A stretch of 64,000 nt of DNA from Octopus vulgaris. Taxonomy: Eukaryota. The stretch covers positions 55,552,001-55,616,000 of the forward strand of contig OX597831.1 in NCBI GenBank assembly GCA_951406725.2, written 5' to 3'. The notes under the pieces are model-generated. The model searched no databases, had not been told where the DNA came from, and was given only the letters and a program-made list of their open reading frames with translations. How positions within the stretch are numbered: position 1 is the stretch's first letter; each line of letters opens with the position of its first letter. Shown piece by piece: positions 62,100-64,000 of this stretch. A program made the position numbers and the translations under genes.

Positions 62100-62860
62100 C
62101 AAAAGATGTAATGAAATCACAGACAGAGAAAGTCAGCTTCATATGTACTGGAACAACACTTACTGTGAGTGTGCTTGAAATAGATTCTCTTAAATGCCTG
62201 ACTGGCGTACTAGTAGTCATTGATGGTTTGTATTACCTAGGAGACATACTTAGCAGTGGAGGTGGTGACTCTGAAAGTATAGTAGCCAGAGTAAAAACAG
62301 GTTGGAAAAAGTTCAGGGAGCTAATACCTCTTCTAGCAACAAAAGTCACTTTTCCTAAAGTGCAGGGTAGGTTATCTGACACATGTTAGAATTGTGATGT
62401 TGCATGGTAGTGAGACATGAAAGGAACCTTGAAAGCAGAAAACTTGTAATGACTAGAAAGGCAGCGAGCTGGCAGAAATGTTAGCATGCCGGGCGAAATG
62501 CAAATCGGTATTTCATCTGCCGTTATGTTCTGAGTTCAAATTCCGCTGAGGTCAACTTTGCCCTTCATCTTTTCGGGGTTGATAAATTAAGTACCGGTTG
62601 CGCACTGGGGTCATTGTAATTGATTTAATCCGTTTGTTTGTCCCCTCTATGTTTAGCCCCTTGTGGGCAATAAAGAAATAAGAAAGAAATGAAGCTACCA
62701 TGCTCCAATGGATGTGTAATGTTTGTGTGTGTGTGTGAACAACATTATAAATGATGTAAGAGAGAAACTGTATTATAAGAAGAATACAGTGTAGTGTATG
62801 TGTGTGAGGAAGCTGCGCTGGTATGGATGTGTGATGTACATGGAGGAAATCAGCGTGAAG
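62100..62860 (+). mobile_element. Old RTE fragment interrupted by a SINE (62459-62681)
   Basis: YLGDILSSGGG...ARVKTGWKKFRELIPLL matches the RTE C-terminal region. Confidence 0.75.
62459..62681 (+). mobile_element. SINE, fourth family (GGCGAGCTGGCAGAAA...GAGTTCAAATTCC); copies near 30-210(-), 255-440(-), 1945-2140(-), 4765-4980, 37932-38130, 54300-54440(-)
   Basis: Dispersed repeat with a B-box-like motif and shared AAGTACCAG body. Confidence 0.7.
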
Positions 62861-64000
62861 GTGTCAACAAGTAGGTTCTTGACATATGGAGAGGTAAGAT
62901 GTGGCTGGCATAGCTGAGTGGTGGCAGGGATAATGAGAGTTGATGGAATGTGGTTAAGAACAAGACTCATTTGTTCATAGGTTTACTCAATCTGAGCTGA
63001 CCTGAGGTTAAACAAAATACATTGAGGTTTAAATCTGGTGTCTATTCTCTGTAGTACTAATTGGGTTATATTGTTACACTGGTAAAATTTGTGTTAATGT
63101 GAACTGTGTACTTTCATTTTAAGCCTTTTTATTGTTATATAATCTATTTATACACACTCACTGCCTATAATACTATCTTGCTCAATCTACTGTATTCCTG
63201 ACATTGCTTTATACAGTCTATGTGTTGTATATACTTTGCTTTGTACATAGTATTAGTTGTATATGCTATCTACCTGTGTAAGTTGTCAGTTGGTATGTAT
63301 ATCATTTATTTTGTTGTATATACAGTCTCTTGGTTGCTTATACTTTCTATAATTTGTAAATGTTGTCAATTGAGTATATATATCATCTGTTAGTTGTATG
63401 CACTGGCTATTAGTTGTATATATATGTTGTCATCATCATCATCGTTTAATGTCTGCTTTCCATGCTAGCATGGGTTGGACGATTTAACTGCAGTCTGGCG
63501 AACCAGATGGCTGCACCGGACTCCAATCTGATCTGGCAGAGTTTCTACAGCTGGATGCCCTTCCTAATGCCAACCACTCCGAGAGTATAGTGGGTGCTTT
63601 TACATGCCACCGGCACGAGGGCCAGTCAGGTGGTACTGGCAACAGCCATGCTCAAATGGTGCTTTTTATGTGCCACCTGCACAGGAGCCAGTCCAGTGGC
63701 ACTGGCAACGACCGCGCCTGAATGTTGTTTTCACATGCCGCCAGCACAAGTGCCAGTAAGGCGACGCAGGTAACGATCACGCTCGATTGGTGCTTTTTAT
63801 GTGCCATCAGCACAGAGGCCAGCTTATACTCTTTATTGGTAGCATTTATTGTTTGCATGTGTATTCTATCAGTCGCTTGTATATACTGTCTTCGCGTTGT
63901 ATACAATAATCTCCATGTTGTAGTCCCTTACATAGACTATTATGGTCTATTTATCATTCTGTCTTACAGAACACCAGAGTAATACAGCATGTTTTTGCAA

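Overview
This is AT-rich, repeat-dense animal genomic DNA, most likely from an octopus; that assignment is inferred from the SINE/RTE repertoire and the (TA)n/(CA)n content. Two spliced genes lie head-to-head. PSAT1 (phosphoserine aminotransferase) is complete on the minus strand: 10 coding exons, 28531->3718, 373 aa. NOC3L is partial on the plus strand: 12 coding exons, 38531->61765, continuing past the window. I traced all exons by hand with GT-AG sites and consistent phases. Introns and the 10-kb intergenic gap hold RTE LINEs (one with a PHD finger), tRNA-derived SINEs, a near-intact pogo DD35D transposon, a deleted mariner, Merlin-like and TTAA-flanked MITEs and a non-autonomous Helitron. 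The main unannotated signal is a set of type I hammerhead-ribozyme elements that all sit in (TA)n microsatellites. The clearest is a very young inverted Penelope-like insertion (31583-33798) with an uninterrupted GIY-YIG endonuclease frame, no reverse transcriptase, and a hammerhead in each of two near-identical ~620-bp arms. Four further unrelated hammerhead-like cassettes lie at ~27.47, 33.95, 35.13 and 58.03 kb. Most short ORFs in the supplied track are repeat noise.
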